From positions 6,634,001 to 6,698,000 of the forward strand of contig OZ210885.1 in NCBI GenBank assembly GCA_964658305.1: 64,000 bases of DNA, given 5' to 3'. This document shows, in pieces, positions 51,273-63,700 of this stretch. The notes under the pieces were generated by a model, which was not told where the DNA came from, did not search any database, and saw only the letters and a list, made by a program, of their open reading frames with translations. The DNA comes from Leptogorgia sarmentosa. Its lineage: Eukaryota. How positions within the stretch are numbered: position 1 is the first letter of the stretch; each line of letters begins with the position of its first letter. The translations under genes were made by a program, and so were the position numbers.

Positions 51273-54200
51273 TGTAACTGCGTGTGTGTGTATGTATAAT
51301 TAATAAGTATATTTAAATATTCTGTTATATAAACAGATTTGCAAAGTATATAGTTATATTAGTCTTGCGTAAGAATGGGTAAAGTGAACAGTAAGCTTTA
51401 GTAAAGAGAACATTAGAAATAATCTAAAGACATCATTATATCTCACGGATACTTCCCATAAAGAGTTTAACAAGGGAAAGACCGTCGAGATACCGTTGAA
51501 TCGGTTATTGTAAAGTAATAAATTGAAAGAGATTAAAACAGTCTTGTGTAGTAAAGTCAATGCTTTACGGTGAGCAAGCGCCGTCACAGTGAGATATATG
51601 TCGCTAAATGGAGACTGTTTAAGTGAAGAGGACGAAAAGAATATTATGGAAAGTTCGAGGTCACTGCCAGAAATAGATGGTTTGTGAGTTTGACCGAAAT
51701 TTCTAAAGACGAAAGACCTCGAAGCGAAATCAATGATGCGGCTCGAAGTAGAAAGTTAACCGCTAAAGGCGAAGCGTATGTCGAAGATAAGTTACATCAG
51801 GATCGAACGTTAGCTGGAGCCGCTCTTCGAAGGAAAATTACCTACATAAATCGTATGGTTGAACAGCCGAATGAAATTTCAGTTTTAGAAAAGCTACGAG
51901 AAGACTTAGATTCATTGCGAGAAAGATTAGACGAAGCACATCAAATCTATTATTCAAAAATTAATCCTGGTGAAATCAAGGAAGCGTACCGATGGTATGA
52001 TATCCGAGATCGTGAACATTTTCAATGCCGTAGAAGAATTAATGAAGCAATAAAGCAACAAGAACTTATGATGGCACCCGAACGTTTTTCACAGAGAAGT
52101 TCGCGTTCAAAATCATCACGTTCGTCGAGAAGTGTATCGTCGTCCGTGCGTTCTATATTAGCGAAAGCCGCAGCCAAAGCTGCAAATCGAAATGGATTTC
52201 ATTGATCGAGAAGCAGAGCATAAAAAGCAGAAAATGTTAAAGGAAATCGCCAAAGCTAAAGCTGAAGAAAAAGCTATGAGAAAATTAGAGGAAGAGTTCA
52301 CGTTAAAAGAGACAATTACGACCCACCAAAATAATGATATGGAGGCTTATTTGGAAGCAAACAAACATCGCGTGATAAATGTTAAAGAATCTGATCAACC
52401 AAGACATGTTGAACGTACAGCTCTGGACTCGAGTTCGTGTATTCGCAAGGACGCTCCTATTAAACAAGAGTTCGTTCACGAGCAAATTGATCCTACACTA
52501 TTGGAAAGTCAACAAGATGGGGTCATCCCAAAGGTCGAGTTGAATAAAGCACGAGATAACTCAAATCATAAGCAACAACATGAAACCGGTACTGTTGGTT
52601 CTGTATTGATGCAATTGGCAAAACAACAAGTTCTGAACTCTTTGCCCCAACAGAGACCACCCGTGTTTTCTGGAAATTATTTCGATTATCCTTACTTCGT
52701 GAGTGCATTTGATTCGTTGATTGAAGCCAAAGTTGACGACCCGAGGCAGAGACTTTATTATTTGAATCAGTTCACTAGCGGTGAAGCCAGGGAGATGATT
52801 AAAGGCCTGGTCACTTTGAATTCACCAGATGCGTACAGCAAAGCAAGAAGAAAATCTGCTCAAAACTACCTAATTTCGCCATTCCAAGATGGTGTCGATG
52901 TGCCAATGAAATTCTTACGAAGGGGAATATAGTTAAATTTCATGACTTTGTCGAGTTCGTGAAAGCTGAAGCAGAATTCGCAACAAATCCAGTTTTTTCT
53001 CCATACGTTATTAAAGAAGAGAGAAAGGGTGATAAGAAGTATGAAACAAGAGAACAAAATTCCCGATATTGGAGAAGAAATGAAAATTCAAGCAGCTTTC
53101 GCACTCAGCTTGGTTCCCAAACACCGAAAGGCGGAGTGGAGACCCTCGTAATGCCTAGGTGTGGTTCTAAGAAGGAGTGTTCGACTCAAACTCCGACAGA
53201 TAACCAGAGTGTAACGCCTAACAATGACACTATGGAAAACTCTATAAGAATATGTAATGCTACTGAATCCAGACACGGGTGTAACGAAGACACAACAAGT
53301 TCCATGATCTTACCAGTATGGTTGTACCACCAAGAAGATCCAGATAATCAAATAATGGTGTATGCTCTATTGGATCCGGCAAGCAACGGAACATTTATCA
53401 AGACTGAAACTCTGAATAAACTCGGACGAAAAGGTAAAGATATTAATCTGCGTCTTAACACCATGCATGGCAGTGAAATAATTACAACACAGAAGATCAC
53501 TGGTCTTAAAGTAGAAGATCTGGAAAGAACCACCCAAATTGAGTTACCAAAGGCTGTCTACAGTCGAAGTGATATTCCATCGAGGAGAAGGGAGATCCCT
53601 CGTCCTGAAATGGCTAACAAGTGGGACCACTTATGTGAACTAACCACGAAACTAAATCCGTATCAAGAAAGTGTAGAGATTGGTCTGCTAATAGGATCAA
53701 ATTGTCCAAAAGCAATCAAGCCACAAGACGTCATACCTGGAAACGAAAATGACCCATATGCAATTAGAACTCTTCTTGGTTGGGGAATAATTGGCCCTGT
53801 TTCCACGATTGAGCATAATGATCTCGTACAAGATCGATTGTCGTGTAACAGAATTATCACGACGGAGATTGCGTCAGAAAAACAGTCTGGTATTATCTTT
53901 GTTCCTGAAAGTCACGTGAAAGAAATTATCGATCCAACAGCAATTGTTAGGATGTTCGAACTTGATTTCAACGAAAGATGTGATTCTGCTGTCAAATATT
54001 CGTCAGTTGATGACCAGACATTCTTAAGAAAGGTTTCTGAGGGAATTCATCTTAGAGAAGATGGACATTACGAGATTCCTCTGCCGTTCAAGGAGAATGA
54101 TATCAAGTTACCCAACAACAGAAAGTTAGCATCGTATCGCTTACAACAATTAAAGTCGAGATTTGAGAAAGATGACAAGTATAAGAAAGATTACGTTACA

Positions 54201-57200
54201 TTTGTGAATGATATGATAAAGAAAGGATATGCAGAACGAGTTCCACCCTCAGAAGTTACAACCGAAGAAGGCAAATGTTGGTACATTCCACATCACGGTG
54301 TCTACCATCCTAAAAAACCATCGAAGATTCGTGTAGTATTTGATTGCTCCTCGAAGTATAAAGGAGAATCCATCAACAAGTATTTGTTGCAAGGCCCAGA
54401 CCTTACGAATAAGCTGATTGGAGTGCTGACAAGATTTCGACAAGAAACTGTTGCCTTCACAACCGATATAGAAGCGATGTTCCATCAATATAAAGTTACG
54501 AAAGAATGTCAAGATTTCCTTCGTTTCCTTTGGTGGCCAAACGGGGAGACGAGTGAAGAGATTGAAACTTATCGGATGACGGTTCATTTATTTGGAGCGA
54601 CATCGTCTCCGGGGTGTTCAAATTTCGCGCTGAAACGAACAGCCGATGATAACGAACAAGAGATTGGAAAGAATCCGGCAGAATTCTTGCGAAAGAATTT
54701 TTACGTCGACGATGGTCTTAAGTCTGTTTCTTCTAACCGTGAAGCTGTAACCTTGATAAGACAAGCGAAAGAAATGTGTGAGCGAGGCGGATTTAATCTA
54801 TGCAAGTTCATAAGCAACAAAAGGAAAGTCATCGAAGAAATTCCTCGACATGATCGAGCAGACGCTGTTAAAGACCTTGATCTCGAAACCCTACCAATCG
54901 AAAGAACGCTGGGTGTACAATGGTCTATCGAAGCTGACAACTTTGAATTTCGAATTATTCTACAAGACCGACCACTAACAAGACGTGGAATTCTTGCAAC
55001 AGTTTGTTCCATTTGTGATCCATTGGGTTTTATAGCGCCGATAGTCTTGACTGGTAAACGAATTCTCCAAGATCTTTGTCGCAACCAAGTGGACTGGGAT
55101 GATGAAATTCCGGCGAATCTAAAGATGAAATGGGAGAAATGGCGAAATGAACTGCCCTGTTTAAAAGAATTATCAATTCCGAGATGTTTCAAACCAGAAG
55201 AGTTTGGTGAGATTAAATCGGCGGAACTTCACAACTTCTCTGATGCAAGTACCATTGGATATAGTCAGTGTTCCTATCTTCGCTTGGCCAATGCTGAGGG
55301 AAAGATTCATTGTTCATTGGTCATGGGAAAGGCAAGAGTCAATCCACTTAAAACCGTATCTATACCTCGATTGGAACTGACAGCAGCATTAGTTTCCGCA
55401 AAGATAAACAATTTAATGAAATGTGAACTTGAGTATGACATCAAGAAGGAAACATTTTGGACGGATAGTCAAATTACTCTGGGATACATTGGAAATGACT
55501 CCAAGAGATTTCACGTGTACGTCGCGAATCGTGTTGCTCAAATCCGCTCGAAGACCACTAAAGAACAATGGAATTACATCGATTCAAGTTCTAATCCAGC
55601 TGATGACGGATCCCGAGGCATGTCAGCAATGCAATTCATGAAGAATCCAAGATGGATAACAGGCCCGAAATTTCTATGGCAACCTGAAGACCAATGGATT
55701 GAATCTACCCCAATCGAAGTTATTCCATTAGAAGATCCCGAAGTTAAACAATCCTGTTTTTCCACCAATGTGAAAGAAACATGGTCCCTCGATAAAGCAA
55801 TGGAAACTTTCTCTACTTGGCAAGGTGCAAGATCAGCGGTCGCCATTTGTCTGATATATCTGTTGAAGCTGCAGAACAAAGTCAAGATGAACCAATCCAC
55901 AGTTAAAGATAATATATCATCTGGCAATAAGTTAATGGTGACGGTTGAAAACTTGCGTAAGGCAGAAATCAAAATTTACCGATCCGTGCAATTGACGCAT
56001 TTTGAAAAAGAAGTACATGCGTTAAAAGTAGATGAACAGAATACAGGTGAAAGTTGTGGAAAAGACATTCTTCCAAATTCCAACAACGTGACGAAGTCAA
56101 GTGCGTTGTATCGTCTGAAGCCATTTAGCGACGTCCTTGGAATTTTACGAGTTGGTGGTCGAATTAAGCACGCTCACGTCCCTTATGATTCGAAATTTCC
56201 AATTATTCTCCCTCGGAGCAGTCACGTAACACTATTGGTAATACGATATTATCATGAAAAGGTTGCTCATCAAGGTCGCGGGATAACGTTAAATGAAATT
56301 CGAAGCAACGGTCTGTGGATTATTGGAGGATCATCTGCGGTAGCATCTACCATAAGACAGTGTGTTACATGTCGAAGATTAAGAGGTATTGCACAAGAAC
56401 AATTAATGGCAGATTTACCAGAAGATCGATTTGAACAAGCAGCACCTTTCACCTATTCTGCCGTTGATTACTGTGGGCCATGGTATATAAAAGAACGTCG
56501 AAAGGAGCTTAAAAGATACGTTGCTCTCTTTACTTGCATGGTATCTCGAGCAGTTCATCTTGAAGTTTCTAATACCATGGACACGGACTCGTTTATACAA
56601 GCCTTAAGACGTTTCCTATGTCGGCGAGGTCCAGTGCGTCAACTAAGAAGTGATAGAGGTTTATAACTTTATCGGTGCTCAACGCGAATTACGTCAAGCA
56701 TTGGAAGAAATGAATGAGGAGAAAATTCGAGTTGAACTATTAAAGCATAATTGTGATTGGATTGAATTCAAAATGAATGTGCCCAAAGCAAGTCATTTTG
56801 GCGGAATCTGGGAACGCCAGATTAGAACTGTTCGGAGTGTTTTGAATCCTTTGATGCGAAATAACAGTACTTATTTGGACGATGAAGCCTTTCGCACACT
56901 TATGTGCGAAGTTGAATCTATTGTTAATTCTCGGCCGTTGACAGTCGACAATTTGAATGACCCACTTTCTCTCTCACCTCTTACGCCGAATCATCTTCTT
57001 ACTATGAAGACAAAGATACTATTACCACCTCCTGGCAAATTCCAAACTAAAGAAATATATTCAAAGAAACGATGGCGAAGAATACAACATTTAGCAAATG
57101 AATTTTGGGCAAGGTGGAGAAAAGAGTTCCTTCACTCTTTACAGGAAAGATCAAAGTGGAACAAGCCCCGCCGAAACATTCATACTGGAGACATTGTACT

Positions 57201-57792
57201 ACTAATGGATGAAGGCGAAATTCGAAATAGATGGAAATTAGCGAGAGTTGTGGAAACGTATGCTGATGAAGCTAATTTAGTCAGAAGTGTTAAATTAATT
57301 ATCGGGGACGCCCAGTTAAGTGATAAGGGAAGAAGACTTCGTGATCAATCCGTGTTAGAAAGACCAATTCATAAACTTGTTCTTTTGGTGGCTAATGACA
57401 GCGATTAACTTAAAGTTGAAAAAAAAAAAATTTTTAATTCGTATTGAGAAATTAAAGACATTTCTGTGGGGGGGAATGTAACTGTGTGTGTGTGTATGTA
57501 TAATTAATAAGTATATTTAAATATTCTGTTATATAAACAGATTTGCAAAGTATATAGTTATATTAGTCTTGCGTAAGAATGGGTAAAGTGAACAGTAAGC
57601 TTTAGTAAAGAGAACATTAGAAATAATCTAAAGACATCATTATATCTCACGGATACTTCCCATAAAGAGTTTAACAAGGGAAAGACCGTCGAGATACCGT
57701 TGAATCGGTTATTGTAAAGTAATAAATTGAAAGAGATTAAAACAGTCTTGTGTAGTAAAGTCAATGCTTTACGGTGAGCAAGCGCCGTCACA
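51273..57792 (+). mobile_element. BEL/Pao LTR retrotransposon, 6520 bp
   Basis: 316-bp LTRs (51273-51588, 57477-57792) differing at one visible position, TG...CA ends, 5-bp TSD CTACA, PPT GGGGGGGAA before 57477. Confidence 0.95.
51684..57408 (+). pseudogene. BEL/Pao gag-pol, frameshifted with gag deletion
   Basis: PPVFSGNYFDY (DUF1759-like), ALLDPAS protease, WYIPHHGV..KIRVVFD and FYVDD RT, HNFSDAS..IPRLEL..FWTDS RNase H, H..H..C..C, VDYCGP, SDRG and GGIWER integrase. Breaks at ~52195, ~52850-52960 and ~56660. Confidence 0.92.
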
Positions 57793-58540
57793 CTACATAT
57801 TTCTTGCCCCACAGCCGGGTATTTTCATGTGTCTTTATCCCCACCCCCGGGAATTTGCCGAATATTTTGAAAAATTGTCAAAAGCCCGGGGGTTTGCCCG
57901 GGGGGGGGATGGGCACGCTTGGATTTGACTGATACATAAGGGCTTACCACTCGTTTAAAGGCATTGTGCCCTCACTTCTCCTTTCCAATACTTCGGGGGA
58001 AAGCCCATCTTCGTCTGTTTCATCGCTAGCATTATCTTCTCCGGGTAACGCTAATGGTTCATCAGCGTAAGCTTCGGTATGCAAGAATGCTTCGACATAA
58101 TCAGGGTTGTCACTTTCCGTTTCATAACTTTCATTGCGTGCGCTTCCAGCGTTATCAGTTGCACTTTCGCTAGTGTTTGAACACGAAGAAGTATCCGAAA
58201 TGGCTTCCGACATTATGAAATCAAAGCAATTGGACGATCAACAACAACACCAAGCAGAATATTGTAAAAAGTGAAGAAGACACGAGAATTCTTGCGGCAA
58301 ATCAGATATCACTGTATTATAATATCGACAGCGCAGAGAACATGTCATACTTATGACGTCACAGAGCAAGCATAATGGCGCACAAAATGTTGCACGTAGG
58401 CCCAAACTTTGAATCGAAATTTCGACCGCTTTTACTTACCGTAAAACTCTCGGATAGGCATCAAATTACTCGCAAAAGATCAAATATTATTTCAAAGGGA
58501 AAAACAATTGATCGAAAATTTCGTTGCATAGGCACTTTAA

Positions 58541-60352
58541 ACTTCGCAAGTACTTCACCTTTGTTCTTAATAAAAGTACGCAGTGGCATACTGTGAATGA
58601 TCGTCGATGAAGGTGACCATATATCTGCTTCCTCCTTTTGAGTCATGCATGGGACCACAAACGTCACTATGCACCACTTCATAGGGCTTCGTTGCTCGAC
58701 CTTGACTTTTCTTCGGAAAGGGATTTCGACTCATCTTTCCAAGTGTGCATCCTTCACATTCTTTCTCTGGATCATGTTGTGCGATTGTTCACTTTTACTG
58801 TTCTGATTGTTATTGAGAGGACAATTCCTTGCTATATGTCCGACTTGTCTGCACTTATAACATACATATATGTTATTTACCGGCTGGGAGGTCCGTACTG
58901 GAAAATATTTTGTCGAGGTCTCAAAAACGGCCCGAGGCCGAAGGCCGAGGGACGTTTTTGAGACCGAGACAAAATATTTTCCAGTACGGACCGACCTAAA
59001 TGGTAAATAACTTTTTTTTTTTTTTTCCTCGATGTTATGATAAAAATTCGTCAAAAATTCCAGTGTTGCGAACTAGATTTTGAGATCAGTTTGTTTGTTT
59101 ACTTTGCTACTCTATCGCAAGTATGGCTGCTAAACAGCCAAGATGAAGTGAGGAAAAACCCTTCAATATTGACGCATTTTCTTCCATATTCACGCATTTC
59201 CACTCAACATTACCATGAAAAAGGTAAATTTGTTAAAATTATTTATTTTCCCGGTTGTTTCACGATAGAAACATGGTTAAAATACGCTTTAGATTTCCTC
59301 GTTAAAGTTGTTGTCGTCGTAGACATTGTTTACACTCGGCAAAACTTCAACATTCGCGATATTTCCGTTGTTTTCCTCTTCTGGATAGTAAAACTCACTT
59401 TCACTATGAAAACTTTCTTCGTCGCTATACATTTTATAATAAATTATTGATTTCCATGCAACAAAATATCGATTTTCACAAAAAATATAAACTTTGTTTA
59501 TATTTTTGTAACGGGCCGTTAGCGGTCCGGTTGAGCGGTCCGGATGGGAGAAACCGGACCGCTCACGAACCAATCAGATTGCAGCATTTACCACGCAACC
59601 GGACCGGGAAAAAATAAAATCCCATCTTTTTCTCGATCTGTTCCTCGTGGTCCAGAGGCTTCTGTGTAGTTTTGTTGCCATCTACGGGATGCTTGTTGAT
59701 GATCTGTGCGTCTGCCTCGACCTCGACCCGAAAATGCTGATCGCTTTGCATACATTGCGTTGTCCAGCTTGTTATCATTCTTCTCCTTTCGTTTCATATG
59801 CTCCTCGATTAATAGCCCTTTGATGTTGTCCCAGTCTAACTCTTCTGCATTTCTCGCTCAAACTGGTCAGGAAATTGTCGTAGGAGTCAGGAAGACTACC
59901 CAACACTACAGTGGCGAACTTCTTTGGAGATATTTCCTCTTTTAAGTCACCTAACTGCCCGGCTAAGGTTGTCATATATGTTAAATGCTTCATTAGATCA
60001 GCGCCCTCTTGCATGCTGGCAGCGTAGAATTTTCGATTCAAACGAACTATTTGTGTGACTGAAACAAACTCGAATTGCTGTTGCAAACTTTGCCACGCTT
60101 CCAACGGTGCTGTTGTGCCAGAAATATGTATTTGCAAATGTTTCTCAAGGCAATCAACAAATTTATAAGCCTTATCTGATCTAAGTTGATACGATCTCTT
60201 CGCTACGTCCGATGCACTCTCTTCTGGAGGCTGTTCTACTCCTTCTTGTGTGAAACCCCACAACCCATGTTCCATAAGGACAAGTTTAATGTTATACTTC
60301 TGTGACTGGTAATTCCTACCGTTCAGTTTCTCTATCTTTGTGATTTCCGCCA
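58541..60352 (-). pseudogene. Copia gag and integrase N-part (protease region deleted)
   Basis: MAEITKIEKLNGRNY...VVLGSLPDSYDNF, CYKCRQVGHIARNC, then directly CEGCTLGKM...VHSDVCGPM...YMVTFIDD. Confidence 0.85.
58867..59618. mobile_element. Non-autonomous hairpin-bearing insertion (class uncertain; Crypton-like is a guess)
   Basis: Interrupts Copia gag between ...KKDGI and VCYKC. Carries a 103-bp palindrome near its left end. No TIR or long TSD. Confidence 0.7.
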
Positions 60353-60450
60353 TCACTGAATCCAAGCAACAATAACAATATGACACAAACAACCGTGCCA
60401 ATTTACGCCATTCAGGACCAAATAATACTCAAAAACACCTTCTTTCACGT

Positions 60451-60465
60451 CCTGGGCCCATAACC
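60451..60465 (-). promoter_or_regulatory. Copia primer-binding site (internal tRNA-iMet fragment type)
   Basis: GGTTATGGGCCCAGG directly follows the LTR on the minus strand, the PBS motif typical of copia-like elements primed by a tRNA-iMet half molecule. Confidence 0.8.
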
Positions 60466-60655
60466 TATTAGAAAACCACTTCATACATATGCAAACATAT
60501 GTTTAATGAATTAATCAATAGCAATATATATAACACAAGGAAAAACACATTTGTTCTGCTTCTAAACACGAGGTGAGCAAACACAGTCATGTGACTGAAT
60601 TAATTAACGTAACATAACATAAACCACATAATTAACACAAATGTTCTACCATGAT

Positions 60656-63600
60656 CAGGGCTCGAAATAGCGGCCTGCCAATGGCCAAAAGCAGGCCATA
60701 TTTGAGAAATGGCAGGCGAAAAAAAAAGTAAACTGCCAAATCAAAAATGAAATGGCCGGCAAAATTCTGTGGATATGTGTCGTTTAATTTGCTCACCAGT
60801 TACCACTAAAAACTCCAGTTTTAGTTATTTGAACGTCTTAATAATGGCCGTTAATATCGCAAGTACAAATAGAAAACACAAAGTCAAATTGAATAAAATT
60901 ACATTGTGTTATTTGCTGGCGCATACTAATGTCCTGCGGTATACTAGATCCCAGGCTACATTCGGGACCGCCATTAAATATACAAAAACAAATGGCGTCC
61001 AATTCTTCTGCTAGAAATATTAGAAAATCTACTGTTTTGAAATGGAAAGTTGGGAATTGGCTGGAAATTGTAGACTCTAATAGGCACAAAGGTGAAGTTT
61101 GGGTAACTTCTGTGCGATGCAAACTGTGTGCAAAATATGAAAAGAAGCTAACAAACACGCGAAATTTTAACTTTTCATGGTGTCGTGGTACAACAAATGT
61201 GAAGCTAGATGCTGTAAGAACCCACATGAATGGGGAACCACACAAGCTTGCATTAAAGTTGGAGGATGAAGAGATGTTTAAGGCAAAGCCAGGTCCACTA
61301 CCTGCATATGCTGTGACACCACTGGGAAAGGCATTTTTTAAGCTAAACGAGAAAGAGAAAGTAAGAATCAAGAAATTGATTGAAATAGCATATGTTGTTG
61401 CCAAAGAAGAGATGCCATTCACCAAATTTGTTGCCATTGCTAAGCTAGAGAAACGGCATGGGGTTGAATTGGGCCAAACATACCTAAACGATCATGCATG
61501 TGCAGATTTTGTTGACGCTATAGCTGAAATATATGAAGAGGAATTAAACCAGGTTCGTGTGCTTTTGATGTTTTGGCATTTAGGTTCAATGGTTGTAATT
61601 AAGTGATATTCCAGTCTCCAGATTGCACACACCCCTTGTCCTTGTGAACTCCAAAAGGGATATGGTGACTCTTTACTTTGCAAGTTTTAAGTCTTTATAT
61701 TTTTAGTTGTACTATTATCTGTATTTTTTAGATGTTGAAAAGAGTACATTACTACTCAATCCTTGTTGATGGCAGCACAGATGCTAGAAACAAAGAAAAA
61801 GAGGTCATCTACATCCTCTAGGTGGATCCTGACACTGGAAGGCAGAGGCTCCGCTTTTTCTCTCTTCAAAAGGTGGAACATGCAACTGCCACAGATGTAC
61901 TATCATTGATTAAAAAAGCCTTTGAACAACATGGAGTAGATTCACTCAAGGAACACACTGTGGGTTTTGGTGCTGATGGTGCAGCTGTCAATCTTGGAGT
62001 GAGAGGAGGTATTTCTGCACTCTTGAAGGATGATGAAGGAATTGATTGGCTAGTTACAGTACACTGTGCTAGCCATCGGCTTGAACTGAGCATAGCAGAT
62101 GCTTTAAAATCAACAGTGTTCTCAGATATCAATGAAATGCTTCAGAATGTTTACTCCTTTTACAAACGAAGTCCGAAGAAAATGGTACAGTTGGTAGGAT
62201 TAGGAGAGGCCCTGGAGATGGCAGTTTCAATGCCTGTGAAGGCAAGTGGAACTCGTTGGCTAGAGCATAAAATCAGGGCAATGAATTGGATAAGCAAGAA
62301 TTATGGTCTTCTTATTTCCCATCTCAATCATCTTACAGAGGATGAATCGTTTACGAGTGCGGACAGGCAAAAATTTAAGGGAATGTATACCAAATACAGA
62401 AATGCAAAGTACCCTTTGTTTGTTGAGTATTTCATTGAAATTCTTGTGCCAGCAGCAGAGTTGAGTCTTATCTTTCAGCGCGAAAAAATTGATGTAGTAG
62501 AAGCAGTACGTGCAGTGAAGAAGTTTTTTCGCATCATGAACAAAGTAAGTGAGTCCAGTGAAGTTGTCTTCACTACTGGTCGTGTGAGTAATTTCTTCAG
62601 TAATCTGACCAACCAAGAGGAGCAATTTATTTACAAAGATGTCAACTTGAGTCACATTGAACAGGCAAAAAACAGTCTTCAATCAGCCAATGACGACATC
62701 CTCTCTACTATCATTGACTGTTTCAAAGGAAGATTTGATGATATTACTAATACTGACAATCTGTTCAATGCTCTTGTGAAGATTTTAGACACAGAAGTCT
62801 ATCCAGAACAAGGACTTGATGATGCTTATGGTGAAGGTGAAGTGAAGTTGGTAATCGACAGGTTTTATGACTTACTCAGTGCAAATGGTTGTGATGTCAT
62901 GAAAATTGAATGTGAGTGGGATGAGCTGAAGCAATTGGTTGTGACAACTGGATTAAAAACCATGACATATGTTGATGTCTGGGCAAAGCTTTTCAGTTCT
63001 TCAAAGAAAGAATCTCTGAGCAACATCCTACATGTTGCTGAAACTCTCCTGGTTGTTCCAATCAGTAACGCAACTCTTGAGCGTATGTTTTCAACAATGA
63101 ATCGTATCCACAGTGACTGGAGAAATTGCTTAGGAGAAAAGAGGGTTGAGAATCTGCTAAGAATTTGGGAGGAAGGGCCTGCACCAGAAAAATTTGATGC
63201 ACAACCAGTGCTTGCAAGATGGAGTGAGAAATGTGCCACACAACGAAGGCCTAATGTGAGGCCAAGTGGGTTGAGAGCATCTGGTTCTAAGACTAAAAGA
63301 AAACTGCCTGAATCTCAGGTTGTTGAAACTGTGAAGAAGCTACTTAAGGACTCAGAGTCAGATACAACAGAGCTAGATGTAGACATGTCTTCAGACAAGA
63401 CAGACACTGAGTTTGAGTCTGACTGTGAACCTGTGATCTTGTAGATGTTAGTAGTGACAGTGATGAAATCGAGAACTAATCGTCAAAATAAGTTGGTATT
63501 TAAGTTGACATTATTTAAGTTGTACATTTAGTAAAGTTAACGTTTATTACAAGTTCATTTGGTTTTGTTGACAAATATACTAGGTAACATGCTATAAACT

Positions 63601-63700
63601 TTTGGCAGTTCAAAAAAAAAAATGGCAGACGAAAAATTACTTGGCCTGCCAAACAAAAATTAAAATGGCAGGTCATATATTTTTTCTATTTCGAGCCCTG
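60656..63700 (+). mobile_element. hAT DNA transposon (ZNF862-like transposase), 3045 bp, inserted in the Copia 5' LTR
   Basis: Perfect 15-bp TIR CAGGGCTCGAAATAG. 8-bp TSD ACCATGAT at 60648-60655 and 63701-63708. Confidence 0.96.
60992..63444 (+). CDS. hAT transposase, 2 exons (60992-61552, 61732-63444), one in-frame TAG at 61819-61821
   Basis: Zn-finger-like CKLC...H...H, ILVDGSTD, GADGAAVN, HCASHRLEL, GTRW and PISNATLERMFSTMNRI. Phase-0 GT..AG intron. Confidence 0.88.

Larger units (their letters stand above)
40809..57936 (-). mobile_element. Unclassified TIR DNA transposon (Zator/TP36-like DDE motifs), ~6.5 kb without nested LTR elements
   Basis: ~41-bp TIRs TGTATCAGTCAAATCCAAGCGTGCCCATC(n)GGGC. 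3-bp TAA TSD at 40806-40808 and 57937-57939. Removal restores a normal short KolX intron. Confidence 0.88.
39862..58213 (-). pseudogene. KolX-like / P2X7-ballast-like gene of Kolobok #2 (3 exons, interrupted)
   Basis: Exons 58213-57948, 40710-40114 (minus the MITE and one TSD) and 40021-39862 splice in frame: ...AYADEPLA...NEW|CTCQCC...EYRCCKE...CITEHEDY...YLRAVPYRWLVKWLCGLLGWDHSRPLPACIYHNLRARFP. Confidence 0.85.
35483..58536 (+). mobile_element. Kolobok DNA transposon #2 with nested insertions
   Basis: 27-bp TIRs (25/27) AGTGTCTATGCAACGAAATTTTCAATC / GATCGAAAATTTCGTTGCATAGGCACT. TTAA TSD at 35479-35482 and 58537-58540. THAP-DDE gene on +, KolX-like gene on -. Confidence 0.92.

Noticed and set aside
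51354..51587. Duplicated antisense ORF (also 57558-57812)
   Set aside because: It lies within the two BEL LTRs, so the duplication reflects LTR identity, and it has no protein motifs.
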